A DNA stretch of 64,000 bases from Antedon mediterranea (taxonomy: Eukaryota; Animalia; Echinodermata): positions 26,486,070-26,550,069 of the forward strand of contig NC_092671.1 of NCBI RefSeq assembly GCF_964355755.1, given 5' to 3'. Shown here in pieces: positions 13,080-27,267 of the stretch; positions within the stretch are counted from its first letter, which is position 1; each line of letters begins with the position of its first letter. Both the position numbers and the translations under genes were made by a program. The notes under the pieces are model-generated. The model ran no database searches and had not been told where the DNA came from. It saw only the letters and a program-made list of their open reading frames with translations.

Positions 13080-13305
13080 ATCAGGGAGTTGCTTATTATC
13101 AGGGAGTTGCTTATTATCAGGGAGTTGCTTATTATCAGGGAGTTGCTTATTATCAGGGAGTTGCTTATTATCGGGGAGTTGCTTATTATCGGGGAGTTGC
13201 TTATTATCGGGGAGTTGCTTATTATCGGGGAGTTGCTTATTATCGGGGAGTTGCTTATTATCGGGGAGTTGCTTATTATCAGGGAGTTGCTTATTATCAG
13301 GGAGT
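13080..13305 (+). repeat. 18-bp minisatellite (atc[a/g]gggagttgcttatt), about 12.5 copies
   Basis: Read directly; blocks of 5 A-variant, 6 G-variant, then A-variant units. Confidence 0.97.
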
Positions 13306-14007
13306 TTTATCTAAAATGGAACACTTGCCGCATTAAAATAATTTGAATATTTATGAGTGTGTTTTCCAAGTCTCACTCTCAGTAAGTGAAGTGAAGTCTC
13401 ACTGTGCTTAGAGAAAAGAATAAAGGGGAGTTTTGTGAAAAGATTTTATGCTGTTTTTTATTTATTTTTATTAAACTTTTTTTTCATGAGGTTGATTTGA
13501 GACAGCAAAGCTTATACATGCATGGGGCCCTATAATTGAGTTCCAAAGGAATAGTGTAGAGCTGCACCAACTATTAACTAAGTTTTGTTTGTTGCTATTT
13601 TCTGTTCATATTTAGAGAAACCCAGTGTTTCATAGAAGTTGTGTTGTGTATGTGGAAGTCGCATGTATGCTGAACTGATGGTATGGTAGTCGTTTATAAA
13701 ACATCGTAAAGCGTGTAAAAGATCTAGTTCTTAATTTGAGGTATTCATTAATATTTTAAAAAGGTAAACATATTGTCAGGTCAATTTTGGTTATTGAATT
13801 AAAATACAATGACATCACTACAACATTCTTCAGCACTTGACATTTTCTAATGTTTATGTCACATCAATATTGCTAAATACTACAGGTGACATTAAGTGTG
13901 AATACATTAATAATAATGATAAGGTGAATGTCAAACTATAATGTTGCCTATTCAAGTTCAGTACCCTCTGTAGCAATATGTTACATGCTAAGTTCACCAT
14001 AAACTTA

Positions 14008-14408
14008 GGGTATGTTCAGACCCACGGAGTTACGGTGGAGTTATGTAAGCGGCGTACATATTTTTGTGTCTGAACCATGCCGCAGATTAGCGTTAGGGAG
14101 CTCTTACTCTGCGCCAGTGGTGTTAATAACTCTAGCAGGAGAGGGTAGATTTAATAACGCTAATCCAGTGATGCATCAGTGATTTTAACCTTAACCAATG
14201 AAAAGACATTACCACGATTAACTACATACCTGTACCCTAGTATACGACAGTGAAATAGTTATGTCAAATGTATTTTCAGGTTTTCAATTTTAAAGAATAT
14301 CAGTAAAGTTGGCATCAGTGTGATATATTTTCATAAATTTAACTCCACGGATTACCGTACGCCTTGCGTAGATAACTCCACCGTCACTTTGTGAGTCTGA
14401 ACATACCC
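14008..14408. mobile_element. Harbinger/Tourist-like MITE
   Basis: tta|gggtatgttcagac ... gtctgaacataccc|taa; arms extend imperfectly (acggtggagttat / ataactccaccgt). Confidence 0.88.
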
Positions 14409-17364
14409 TAAGAAGTAGTCAATGTTGTGTTTTAGCATGTCCAAAACAAAATATCAGAAAATCATTCCCCTGTTTTTAATCTAGTCTAAAATAGTAATGT
14501 ATAACAAAGTTGACCTTTTTTATCACTGAAATAAGTGCAAGTTATTGAGCTGGCTACCAATTTGCCAACAAAACCGAACGCAATTTAATTTTGATGCATT
14601 TTGATTTATTGTGTGTGAGTGATCAGCATCAAATATAAGCAAAAACCACTTGGGAGTTGGATGTGTTGGACACATTAAAAAAACAGGTCTTTCTCCTGAT
14701 CACACAGGCAATTAAAATTCTATAAAGTCTATATATGTAGGCCTAACACTAGTGTGTGTATGAACATAGTTTTATATCAACTTACATCTAACAAACTGCT
14801 ACATTGAAACCTCTTTACATTAATTACATTATGGTAAAAAAAAGATATATTTTGATGGAAAAAAAATTTCCTCAATTGAACTCTCAATATACACCCACTT
14901 GTGTGGGTTAGGGTGTACCATGGTAAAACCTTCTAGGAGGAAAAACCAAAACACTAAGGAATTCTTCAACACATTACCAGTGCAGAATATACTTTGACAC
15001 GAGTTTCTGTCAATTTGTATACATTCAATAATTAAACAGCTCTATCTTTTATTTACTTACAGATAATCATATGAACAGTTCAATAGATTGCCTGAATGAT
15101 AATTTTATGTAGTTTATATAGTTTATAACATTTTATCTGTAGCCTTACTGCCTTTGGATTCCCTTGGTTTACTTTATTAGACAATTGGGAGGTATTAAAC
15201 CAAGGCCTAGGAAGTAAAGTGGAAAGATCATACTGTGGTACAGTAGTGTGGGTGTTAGCATGGTGGTAGTCATGTGAATTTCTGTGGTAAATACATTTTT
15301 AACATGTCTCATTGCAAAAAAAGGATTTTATCCTGTTGTAATAGGTGCATGTTACAACCACTAATGTGGAAAACACAGTTGCATTGTAAATATCATATCA
15401 GGAACTATAGTCCTATTATGATTCTCACTAGGCTAGGCTTAGTTGAATCATGCGATGTGAGATTTATCAAAACTCCGGGCCATCGACTGGAACAGCAAGT
15501 AAAACAACAAGGGTCATGAAATGCTGCAGCATTGTTAATATTTTAATAGTAATACGTATAGTAGCACTTGGTGAAAACTGACCATGTGACCTCATCAACT
15601 CTATTCATTGACTGTGATTGATCCTCGGAGGTACCGCTACTCTACAATACGGGAGTGACGATCATAAAGGATGCCGACCTTCTTAGTGGAACACGACCAA
15701 GCTCACCACGTGGCTTTTATCAACTTGCTCCTTTTGTGATTGATCGTTGGTAACGCTAGAGATTGATAGTACACAAAGGATGTCGACGTACCTGCTTGGT
15801 GGAATGCGATCAAGCTGACGATGTGCTCCGACGGTGATTGATGACCGTCGAAACGATACATGTTTTTAAAATCTATTAAATTTTTTTCAACAAAAAAAAA
15901 ATCTTCAAAAAATAAGGGGGGGGGGGGGTGGCGTACGCTCCCGCTAGATCCGCCACTGCACATGTACAAACTTAAGATTTCAAAGAGATACAATGTCCTT
16001 ATCCAGCAAACATATATACTTTGCTTGACAAATTTTAGCAAGTTTTCGCATTTGCCATTTTGAGGTGATGTCAAATTATGATGAGGAGGTTGTGTTAAAA
16101 GTTATAACTGCTCCATGCAAATTGTATTTATGAAGTGTTCTGGATATCCTGCAAATGGGGTCAAGTATAACTTTGAAAAATCTTTCCTATCATGTTCAGG
16201 AAGTTTTCCAACTTCCTGAACAAGATTGTGGTCTACAGACACGTGTATAAGAACAGCATTATGTTTGAGAAAGTACATAATAGGTTGATGATTTGATAAT
16301 AGTTTAGCCACATTTGTAGGCTTGGTCTTAGCCTAGTCTAAAACTTAATCTAATTTTACTAAATTATTCAACTGGATCTCAATGTCAATTTGTAAGTATA
16401 GTTCCTAGAATTGTAATTGTAAAAGAACATGTTTCTTTTCTTTTGGCCAATACTAATAGTTTATACTTATACTTATTAGACGCTAAAACAGCAACCTTGA
16501 TTGTGTATTTAACTACAATAGAAAAAGTGTTTAAACTTAGAATTTTTTGCTATTTTATATGTATTGTATGATAATGGTTGCAAATAATGTACATATGTCA
16601 TACAATTTGATATTAAATCAGGAGTGGGGTCAATCCATAGATTTAAAGCTACCCAGTACGCATATGAAATTCTACTTAATTATGGTATGATTTTTAGTTT
16701 ACTTATCTTGATGCAAGTTCTTACTATACTATAAGTTTAATTTTAGCGATTTATAAAGTTTTACAGTGCATTGTGAGGATTGGTAACAGTTGCACATTTG
16801 CATATGCAAGTCAAAAGATTTGAAACACTTTGTCATCTAACTTTCGTACCATACCAATCATTTTTACTCGGTTGTTCAACATGATCTGTGAATCTAATTT
16901 CGCATGAACTTCCTATGAGATGAGCTAATGCTAGTATTTTTGGAAATGAACCAGTTAGGAGGCATGCTGTGTGGAACCAATTGATGAAGATAATTATAAT
17001 GCTGTATAGGAACAGTAAGGATGACTAACATATTAAATTGTTTGGTGGCTTGTATTATTTTTATCATTTGTCTTGGTTACCATTTGTGGTATAGGAGTAG
17101 GAGAAAGATAAAATGTGGTCAGAAGATGGTCATATTCAAATGTAGGTCAGATGTGTTTATTATATTTTGTCCTAGTTGACTGAATTACTCACAAAAAGTC
17201 TTTTATTGTTATTAGTCATCTGTAATTATGCAGTGGCACTAGGTCAATTATAAAATTGTTCTTTTAAATAGATCTCTTAATGATAGTACTTCATAATAGA
17301 TTCATATTCATATTCTCTCCTTTCAAACTGCCACGAAATCATTTAATCTTCTGTCCACTATAAC

Positions 17365-17525
17365 AGGGGTTGTGATGGAGAAGTACTGAGATGGACAAGT
17401 ACAGTGTGGTGTAACCCCTACACTTTTGTGAAAGACTGGGTTCTTAGAGTGCACATAATCCATACCTGTATGTGTACACTCTGGACCTCAACTTTTAATT
17501 CCTCATCTCACCTCCAGCACCCTAG
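17365..17525 (-). mobile_element. Nin-domain SINE fragment
   Basis: Minus strand gatgaggaattaaaagttgaggtccag..gtgtacac..gcactctaagaacccag, similar to 1255-1320. Confidence 0.55.
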
Positions 17526-17879
17526 CCAAGCACTCACCAGTTTATTAAATAATATTTAGTCTTATTATTTTTATCTTAACAATGTTCCCTATTATAGTAC
17601 CTTGTCCTAATTGTGCTATATTATGTAATGAAATGATATATGGGAAAAAAGCATTTTGATCCCGAACAATAATGTTTAAATTCCCATTCCCTACATTTTT
17701 AGATCTAATTTAAGGTCACAAACTACACTTAATGTAAAAATAAATACTATATGGTCATATTGCAATACATTTTTTCGTCTTTGAACGGTTAAAAATATGA
17801 AAAATAAGTCAATTCTAATAATTTTAGCGGCCTGCTATAAATCCCAACATGCATTACACTCAGATTGATACTTTAGTTT

Positions 17880-18270
17880 TTCTTCTGTGATTCACCTACT
17901 TTCGATCGATCGTGATGGCCAAAATAAATGGAAGAATTGTAACTTTTCAGCGAAAATACCAGGTTTCCCCCAATTTGTATTAGTACGTATTATGGCAAAA
18001 ACAGAAAGACAATTAATGCAGCAACTAGATGTCAGGCTAGGCCTATAGCTAGCGTACGATGTTCGTACGTTACTGTTGTTTACTAGCTATGCCTACAAAA
18101 CTAAGCCTAAAGACCGTACACGAGAGGACATTTACCGCAAGCTATTTAGGTAGTGCATTGTTTCTCTCTTTTTATCATAAATTACCATAAAACGTACATC
18201 TAAGACAAGGAATGACCTGGTTTAATGTTTTTAAAGTAATGCATTAAGTTTACAAAATGTCAACAATTGT
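17880..18270 (+). repeat. Dispersed repeat (probable DNA-transposon fragment), with copies at 8.9-9.1 kb and 25.2-25.3 kb
   Basis: caattaatgca..gctaggcctata..tagcgtacgat..ctaagcct shared with 25201-25299. Confidence 0.65.
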
Positions 18271-19487
18271 AGGGAATCTTTAAACATTAATTGATTAATA
18301 CAGTTACAACTAGTAGTAGTATTCAGCATACAGGCAAACTTTCTTTTATTGAACAATTCATTTCCAAAAAGTTGTGAACCTAAACATCACAACTGTATTA
18401 CTGGTTTGTAAAACTGAGGAAGTTTTGGCTTATGGCTTAGATTATTATGTCAGTTATTTTAGGAAGAATCATGAACTAAATATTCTCCTGGGACTTGCCT
18501 CCTAATTGTACTTAGATTGAACTTAAAGAATGTCTGTAAAATTACAGACAGAAGTATAATTAACACTATTTTAAGACTTTCCTGTCTTCTAAGGTGTCTT
18601 TCTAGAAGACAAATTTGTAATTGATAATGCAAATACATATTGCTTGGCTTAACTATTGTGTTAAATGGGCTTTATAACATGTCTGGGTGTATTGCCATTT
18701 GATTGGTTAATGTTATATCATGTGCTATTCAATATTAATTCTATTGCATATCTTAACCTTTTTATAAACATTCAAGAATTGTATGTAGCATGAGGCTGAT
18801 GACTTGTAGTGTGTACCATCCTTTCACAATTTAAATGTATTATGAATGATATAATTTTATCTTTGTGTTTTTAAATGGATATTTTAATATCAACCTTGTG
18901 CCTTGCACTGCTGGTTGTAAGAATAAAAAAAGTTCTGAGCTATGCCCTTTTGCCTTTGACATTGTTTTATTCAATGAAGAAATGCTTAATTTAATTTGCT
19001 ATTAATAGTGATGTTTAATAACACAATATTTTTGTAAACAGCACAACTTCATGTGAATGATTTTATTTCAGTTTATTTTTTGAATACATTTTTCCAATAC
19101 AGTTTTCCAATGGAATTTATACAACCTAACTTTGGCATTAGCTACAAAATATTTCATGTTATGCAGTTTTGTAAGCCAATTTAGCAAGAGTAACTTTGCA
19201 GTGGTAATTATTTTCAAATGAAAGAACAATGACATTTTGAATCAATTTAAGTTACAAATTAATTTCATAAATCTTTCAGACAAGTAATCATAAACACTTC
19301 AGCTGTCACAATATGACACAACATATGAAATCTATATTCATTATTCATATTTAATTTGAATATCAAAATATGAATTCAATTACACTCTGCACTACTTTCC
19401 TCTTTGCTTTTTTCATATTTTCACACATCCAAAATAACAATTATAAAACATTTGTTGATAGTAAATTGTGGGTTTTTTCGCGAGCGC

Positions 19488-20070
19488 GGTCCTACAAAAC
19501 ACCAAACGGAAACAAAAACGAGACTCATAATGTTGCAATACTTACCAAACGAGAGTAGATAATTGTTAATTAATTATGAAAACCCAACTTTTATATCAAA
19601 AATCGTCCGAATTTATGTTAAAAACGATGAGTTTAGCCACAAAAACTTCAATCAAACGAGAGTATCCAAGTCATAGAATATCGCACGCATATAGTGCCTT
19701 TAATAAAATAATGAGTATTGAACATTATTTCGTATATTTATGTACTAACATAAATAATAACACATTTCTATGCTTAATAAAATCATATTTAATATATTAT
19801 CAAAGGCTCTGATTACCTTTGTTTTCGGTCGATGTGATGTTTTTCTAAAAAATTATATTATGTAAAAAAAGGCACTAAGGGCGTGCCATAAATACGCTCG
19901 TTTGGATTAAGTTTTTGTTGCTAAATGCATCGTTTATAACATAAATTCGGATGATTTTTGCTATCAAATTTGGGTTTTCATAATTAATTAACCATTATCT
20001 ACTATCGTTTGGTAGGTATTTGCAACATTCTGAGTTCCTTTTGTTTCCGTTTTGGTGTTTATATAGGACC
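19488..20070. mobile_element. Foldback element with ~200-bp diverged inverted arms
   Basis: ggtccta..aaacaccaaacggaaacaaaa versus ttttgtttccgttttggtgttt..taggacc; complementarity continues inward to about 19710/19850. Confidence 0.85.
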
Positions 20071-20371
20071 ATCCATACCCTTCGCGAGCGTGTACTAACG
20101 CCTCAAATTGCTTAGCTTGGGTAGTCCCCGGAACTCCACCCCAAACTCCTCTTTTACTTTCGCAAAAATGCTCTTATTTATTATCTGTGATTCTTTTCTA
20201 TTGCCTGCCATCCTTCCCCGTACTTTCTTTCCCCCCACAACTGAATAACATATCTTGTGATTTCATTCATCCACATACATGTTCACTTCTTCGTTCGACT
20301 GTCAAAACCACGAGGAAAACACACAACATCGTATGCGACGGTATCTGACCCGGGGTCACAACTGTCAATCA

Positions 20372-20608
20372 AATAACCGTTATTTCGTGTTGCAGCTAAG
20401 AATTGCTCAGCGATAACCGGTTAAACGGCGTTCTAACACCGATTTAAATTGGTGTTTTTAACCGGTTATTTTGCGATGCCTTTTAACCGGTTACCACAAA
20501 TGTGTCCTGTTTCTGCTGCCAAGAAAATGGAGTTAATTTATTCACACTGATTTTAATTTATTCACACCGATTTTAACCGGTTATTTTTTATGCAGCAGAA
20601 ACAGGCCC
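20372..20608. mobile_element. Right end of a Harbinger-family MITE related to 10661-11483
   Basis: Ends gcagcagaaacaggccc; internal ctgtttctgctgcc; repeated taaccggtta motifs. Confidence 0.65.
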
Positions 20609-20974
20609 GTAATGTTATTTATTTCATTTCAAGAAGATGACCCTGCCACCATGAACTGATTTCATGGGTTCCTCAACAACACAATGATAACCAATAAAAT
20701 AAAATGTACAATTTAAAAAAATGTAATTGCAATTTTGTTCTGTTGTGTATCAAGGTTTTATTGATTTTGGAACAAAAATAAAAATAAAAGGAAAAAAATA
20801 ATTCACTTCTCCATTTCAGATGTCAGTACTGTACATACGACATTAAGACCATTACAAAAGTAACTCAGTAATTGTATTTTTATTATAATGAGTTTATGAT
20901 TAATATTAAATGATGAAAGTGAAAGTCAAAGTGACGAATTAAATTCTAGTTTCTTTTTTGTTTTTGTTTTTCAG

Positions 20975-21026
20975 ATTTAGAAATTCCAGAAGCTCCTCAG
21001 CATTCTGAAGATTCTACAGAATCTGG
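20975..21026 (+). CDS. SVIL: Supervillin-like gene, internal exon A
   Basis: Strong T tract then cag| xLEIPEAPQHSEDSTESG |gtaagt; phase 1 to 2, joins the next exon in frame. Confidence 0.72.
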
Positions 21027-21398
21027 GTAAGTACCAGGATTTTGAATACAATTCATAATTTCTCTTTTAAATGATATCAAACTGATTACTTGCCACTCAC
21101 TAATATAATTTGCATCATATAAACAAGGTGACACATTTTTGATTTAAGATTTCTGTGGATTTTGGCATATAGTCAAAAATAGAAAGCGGTAGGAAGAATA
21201 ATCCTAATCGGTTCTAGGACTGACAAACAAGATAGAGGGCAGTATTGTAAAAATAGATAGCAAAGTTAAAATTGTTGATTTCCCCCCTCTAGAGATTTGC
21301 TTCTTTTTTTTTGTATAAGACTAAAATAAAATGTTTCCTTGTCAAATTTCAATCTCTATGCTTTGGTAAATTCAATTATGTTTGAGCTACTGTATTAA

Positions 21399-21945
21399 AG
21401 ATGTATTGTCCCTTGAAACACACAAAAATGAAAAAAAAAATATTCTAATTTTAAATTGGCCATATCAAAGTAATATTAAAGTTATTCACTTTAAGTCGAA
21501 AATTCGAGCCAAAAACAACAGTTTACGTAATTAACAGGTAAATTAATTAGATTACATTTCGTCTGAGAAATCGTCGCAAGCGAAAGTAAACAAAGATTTC
21601 AAACCATGAGTATGCATTATGCATGATGCTAATTAGGATTGTTTACAACTCATCACGGTTGAGAAGGTCTTTTCACACAGATCGCCAGGAAGTTTTATGA
21701 TTATGCATACAGAGTAGCCAAACAAGCGCATTGCATTATGGGATATGTTTTGATTGAAAACTTTGACTGGAAGTCAAAGTTATTTTTTGAACAAAAAAAC
21801 ATCTGTATTTCGGTTAAATTATTTTTTTTTTTACTAATTTTTGGTGAAAGTTAATAACTATTATGATACTTCAAAATGACCCACTTTTTTTCGAAATTAA
21901 AAAAAAAAAATTTTTGTTGGAATTAGTCAAAGGGACAATACATCT
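21399..21945. mobile_element. Kolobok-like MITE (TTAA TSD, AG...CT ends)
   Basis: ttaa|agatgtattgtccct ... agggacaatacatct|ttaa; a degenerate end copy lies near 10299-10320. Confidence 0.88.
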
Positions 21946-23979
21946 TTAAGTAATAGGTAGCTTTTTATTTGAAAAATTAATTGTAGACTACACATGCAGG
22001 CACACTGGGGCGTGCTTTCTCACTTAATTCATCAATACAGTATTGGGGAATTGTAGGTCCAGGTAAACCAACAACATAATATGCGTAGAATGTTTGGCTG
22101 ATTTTATGCACTTACCTTGTAAAATCAGTATATTGTAAAAGGAAAGGGATTGGCGTATTTGTTCCCTGGAAAAGGAGCAGCATATATTTTAATATTCCGG
22201 ATTAAGACCCCTAGAATTCCAATGTAGCAAACGGTTTGGAAGTTGTTGTTGTTGGCAAAGTCTGTGACCTTTCCTATTTGCACCATGATCATTTTTCTTT
22301 ACTCTGAGTGAACCTTACGAATCCCCATTGATCAGTAAATGAATGTTTAATATGTGATAAAAAGTACAGGATACTGGTACATGTATATTTATATACATTA
22401 CAACAGAGAGGATTTAAAGGTAAAGAATATATCGCATCTCGTTTACTAAAATTTTATCTGAAATATTGTTGATGACCCCTAAAAAATATCTACTTATACA
22501 GACTAACACAACAGAAAATTTTACAAAGAGGTCAGGTTTTTTATGCAAAACTAGATCTGCCCAAATAGTATGTTACAAATTAGATCTTAATTTGCAAGGT
22601 GATTGACTTAATCTAAGGGACATTTCTGCATATGATAAATAACCGTTCTAAAATATTTTACAAATTATATTTTAAAAAAGCATTGTGATATACATAATTA
22701 ACAAGAGCAAAATGCAATAGCCTGACCTGCGTAATTGTTCTTGGATATTAATTAGGTCAAATGTTACGTTAATAGGAAGAGGAGTGTTCATCAAGGGATT
22801 AAATATTTAAAGTTTGTAATTGTGTCTTTGTTTGTAGTTGATCTCAATTCTTATATATAAGGCATACAAAACTGGGAAAAATGTTGTTATAATTTTGTTG
22901 TTTTATGTAAAAATGGCCTTTTTATAAAGTGTTATGTTGCCCAAGCAAAGCAACAAGTGATAAACAGGGCCAGCCTTTTGTTTGTCTCTATGTATAGAAA
23001 TAATTATGTAATCTTGAAAATCTAAAATAAAAACATAAATGGTGCAGAAAAGCAATCATACATGCACATTATACTTTAAAAAATTGGGTCAGTCAGGCCT
23101 GAGCAATATTACATCTAATGCAACATTATCTTCAGGCAGACTGTTTGTATAAGTCTTATAACAACATTCTTGATATTAATAATAATAACCATATATATTT
23201 ATATAGCTCATATCACAGAGACCTATATATGCAGCTTAGCTAAATGTCCCTTCTGACATCAAATCCAATAACTAAGTCTACAAATACTTCACTGTTGACA
23301 GAAATATTGTGTGAAAATCTTCTTTTTAATAATACCTAATGTGTAGTGCCCTGAACTTGTTTTTTTTTTAAGTTATTGAATGTGACAGGTATTTTTCAAT
23401 GCTTAAATGTTCACTCTACAAATTAAAATAACTAAATTTTCTTCATATAGCATATTTGCAGATTGTTCCAATTGGTGTCAGATCATAATACAATAAACAC
23501 AAATTAATAAGTAAAAATACTTAGAATTATTAAGGCTTTTGACATCGCAATAATGACAGTGTCTCATTGACTTAAAACATTTTCAATAATAAGGAGACTG
23601 GCAGCTTGTTGGTTTCAAGATTTCAAAGCCAGTTATATATGTAGTAATTAAACAAATGCATAATAATTATTATACAGTTAGCATTTGGATATAGATTTTA
23701 ATTTGAAAATACTGACATAAAACATTTAAAATTAGTTTAAAAAAAAAGAATAGACTAAAATTCCAGTGACTGGAATTCATTGCAAAACCTGTACAAACCA
23801 AGTTGATTAATTTATTCAATGTGGGGATTAAACATGGTCTGAACACTGCCTTAGTTGCGTCTGTATGTAAGTGAATAGTTTGTAAATGAGCTCAGTTGTC
23901 AGGTCCTAATCTTCATATTTAAGGTAAAGCTTTAACAGAGAACATTTAATTCCATTTTATTATTTATCTTTTACTTTAG

Positions 23980-24062
23980 GGAAGCTCCAGTTACAGAAAT
24001 CATAGAAGAACAGGAACAAGAAAACATGGAAAGATCCAGCAGCAACAGAAGTGTAAAACCTG
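23980..24062 (+). CDS. SVIL: Supervillin-like gene, exon B
   Basis: tttactttag| EAPVTEIIEEQEQENMERSSSNRSVKP |gtatgt; phase 2 to 1. Confidence 0.78.
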
Positions 24063-26041
24063 GTATGTATCGTCATAACTAATTTTGTCTACTAATATTC
24101 ATTACACGAAATAACCTGCCTAGTGTTATTAATTGAATGCACAATTAAGGTTTAAACTGTGGTCACTACATTAAACATAATATAGTGTTTTGGTGGTTAG
24201 TTTAGTTTGTTTGAGGAGGAGAGAAAGTTGGTGAGGAGAAGAGAAGGAAAACAATTTCTAACTCCAAATTAGCCAGTGAACTTGTGCACAGAGTACGTGA
24301 CAATGTACAAATCCTTTCAAATCGTCTACAAATAGCAGCTGAAATATAAAACTTTATTATACAATAATTATCATGCAAAATCTTTATATTGTGACTCAGT
24401 AACAGTCTTAATATCAACCAGCAATTTTGCGTTCATTCACCAAGTCTACCTCCAACCAGGATGCTTGAATGTTGTTAGCAGTCCTTCTAGTTTTAAAATT
24501 TGGGTAAGCAACTTACTAAAAAAATGTATTATCTCTTTTGGGCTTGTAAAAGATTCTTAGGAAATAAGAAATATTTATTTTATATTAAAAAAAAATACTG
24601 TAGAATCGTTATGACTTAATAAATGTTTTCATTTTAGCTGATCTATAAACATTTGTTCAACACTTCACATAGCAATTTGATTTGTAAGGACTGTTATAAT
24701 ATTAAAACTGAACAAAGAGATTAAGAGCAGGGTCTAACACCACACTCCTTTAATGGGCTTGTTGAATGTTTTTGTAAATTAATGTTATTGTTTGTAGTTA
24801 TTTCATAATTCATGCTTTATATTGATCGGTTTCTGATTTTGTGTTTAAAGTTCAAATTCAGTTAGCAGTTTTTACAAGTCCTGAATTACGGTTTAATTTA
24901 TAATATTTAGTTGTCTATTTATGTACTGCATTTCCTTGTATTGAATTCTCTGACAGGAAAAATATTGCATGAAATGAAGTAATATATTTGGCCAATTGCG
25001 ATAACTTTTCTTCTTTTTTAAACATTTAAAATGTGAAAAATAAGTTGCTTCTAATAATTTAAGCAAGCCGCTATAAGTAGATGATGCATTGCACACGGTT
25101 TTTTTGGTTCTGTGATGCCCCCACTTTTAATCAATAATGAAGGTATTTAAAACAAACAGAAGAACCGAAAATAATAAATTTTCTGCCAAAAAAAGAAAAA
25201 CAATTAATGCACCAACTTGACTATGCCATGCTAGGCCTATACATAGCGTACGATATTTGTACGTATTTCTGTTTACTGCTAGGCCTACAAAGCTAAGCCT
25301 TTCATTTAGTATAGTTATGATGTTTATAACTTTATTTTTATTTTAATGATTCTTCTGATTACTGTACAGTATATACAGGACGTAGTGTAACTTTATAATA
25401 TACACATGTATCGAAACTGAAAGTCGTTTAAATCTCGTAAATGATTAATTGTTATTAAATGTATTGGCTTGATAATCACTGGATTATTTCAGTTTCAAAC
25501 ATAGACGACTCAGCTGTAATCGTAGCATTGATTAGATTTAGTGTCACGTTTGACTGAAATATTTGTATAATGACCTATTGAGCTATCTTTAGGTTTTTGA
25601 GAGATTTATGTTTGAATGTTTACCACGGTTAATGCCTTTTAACATTAAGATATTCATTTACTATCATTTGTAATGTCTTAAAACTTAAATGTCAGTGTCA
25701 AAACTAGTTCTCTCTTTTTCATATTTTGTATACTATTAGGAAATAAAATAGAACTATTCTTGAAAAATAAAGGGGTGGCTTATTTTATTCTTGTTTGACA
25801 TGAAGATGCCGTATATAAATCTAGGAACATACAGTTTACCTACAGTAGCTGCACCAGTCAATCAAACAGTCTTTCATTTAAGATCAATCTCTCTCCCTAT
25901 GTTTTGAAGTTCAGTAAGTTTTACAAAATTGTAATTATAATCTATTCTAAGGTGAAGATGTGGTTGTTCAGAGGGTGTTGTTGTTCTAGAGGGGTAGTTG
26001 TCCTAGGGGCATAGCAGTTTGACTAGAGGGAATTTGTAAGA

Positions 26042-27267
26042 CTAGATGGCACGCTCGCTTCGCTCGCGTACCATCTAGGTCGTGCCCACAGATGGTTCTC
26101 GAATACACAGTATTTTCCAGCGAGAAAAAAATGGAGATTTCAAATGTACGTACTGCAGGACTATTGTCGTTTACAGAAACGAATAAATATACACGATGAT
26201 TTATGTAGTCAGCTAAAATTAGCACCCTGGGAATTACTTCCGAGAGAGAAACAAAATGAGTCAAATTTTTTTATTTGGACTCATTTAAACAAACCCAATT
26301 TGTGTTTTGTATGTAACATTAAGGGTTGAGGGATGGGGGAAGAAGATAGGTACAAAGAGGAAACATTTTAAAATATATTCTTATCCACTCAGTAACGAAA
26401 TATTGTTTTTAATGTTTTATAGGCCTATAAATAATATACCACTAAATACAGTAAAACATTTACGATTTAATACGTACTACGTACGTTTATATATTTTAAA
26501 ATTATTAATTAATACAAACGTTGAGAAGCAACTGTCAGTAATAACGTTTATTTATTTGTATATTATATGTTTATAATCTAACAGTAGGGCCTACCCACAC
26601 TCACAGTAATAAAGTTTATTTGTATATTTGTTTATATTATATCTAACAGTACCAACACTCACAGTAAGAAATTTGCGATTCAAATTGCGATCAAAAGTGG
26701 TTAATACCTTAATAGTATTGTACAGCATTGCAATACTATTTATGTTTATTCTCCAAGGGGGCCCATAATCTAAATCTATACCTCTATGGTTAAACCAAAT
26801 AATTTGGAATGTTCCCTTCATCACAAATCAATACATTCGTAAAAACGTATATTACATGTATCAAAATAGCATTTTTTAAAGAAAATCGGCCTGTCTTCAA
26901 CATTATGATGCTGTACTCGAACTGTTCAACCGGTTTTCAGCTATTAAAAACAATTATCGTAGGAGGAGATAGGAAAATGCGAAGTGTCCTCGTATTATTG
27001 TGTGCGGGTATTTTTCAAATTGACATCCATTAGACAGTGTATACCACGATCGGAAAACACCCCTATTTGGGGCAAATCGTTGAACCTAAATTCGTTTTAA
27101 TCGTCAATAACTAATTATCGAACTCAATTTAATTAGTAAACAGGGTTACATCAGGTGGTTAAAATTAGTACCGAAAGTACGAACCAACTTTATATACCAT
27201 CGAGTAAACATTCTAGAAATAACGCACGATTTACCGATTTTTGCCCTTACGTAAATTTATATATAGA
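26042..27267 (-). mobile_element. Non-autonomous Helitron
   Basis: Minus strand A|TCTATATATAAA at 27267 ... CTAG|T at 26042; terminal hairpin ctagatggcacgc / gcgtaccatctag (26042-26078) around gcgagcgaagcgagc. Confidence 0.6.

Noticed and set aside
12990-13346. 118-aa ORF with IRELLI repeats
   Set aside because: Artefact of an 18-bp minisatellite
15615-15960. GC-richer patch, 123-aa minus ORF and gatccgccactg end
   Set aside because: Only a lone TIR-like end and no recognisable domain; too weak to call
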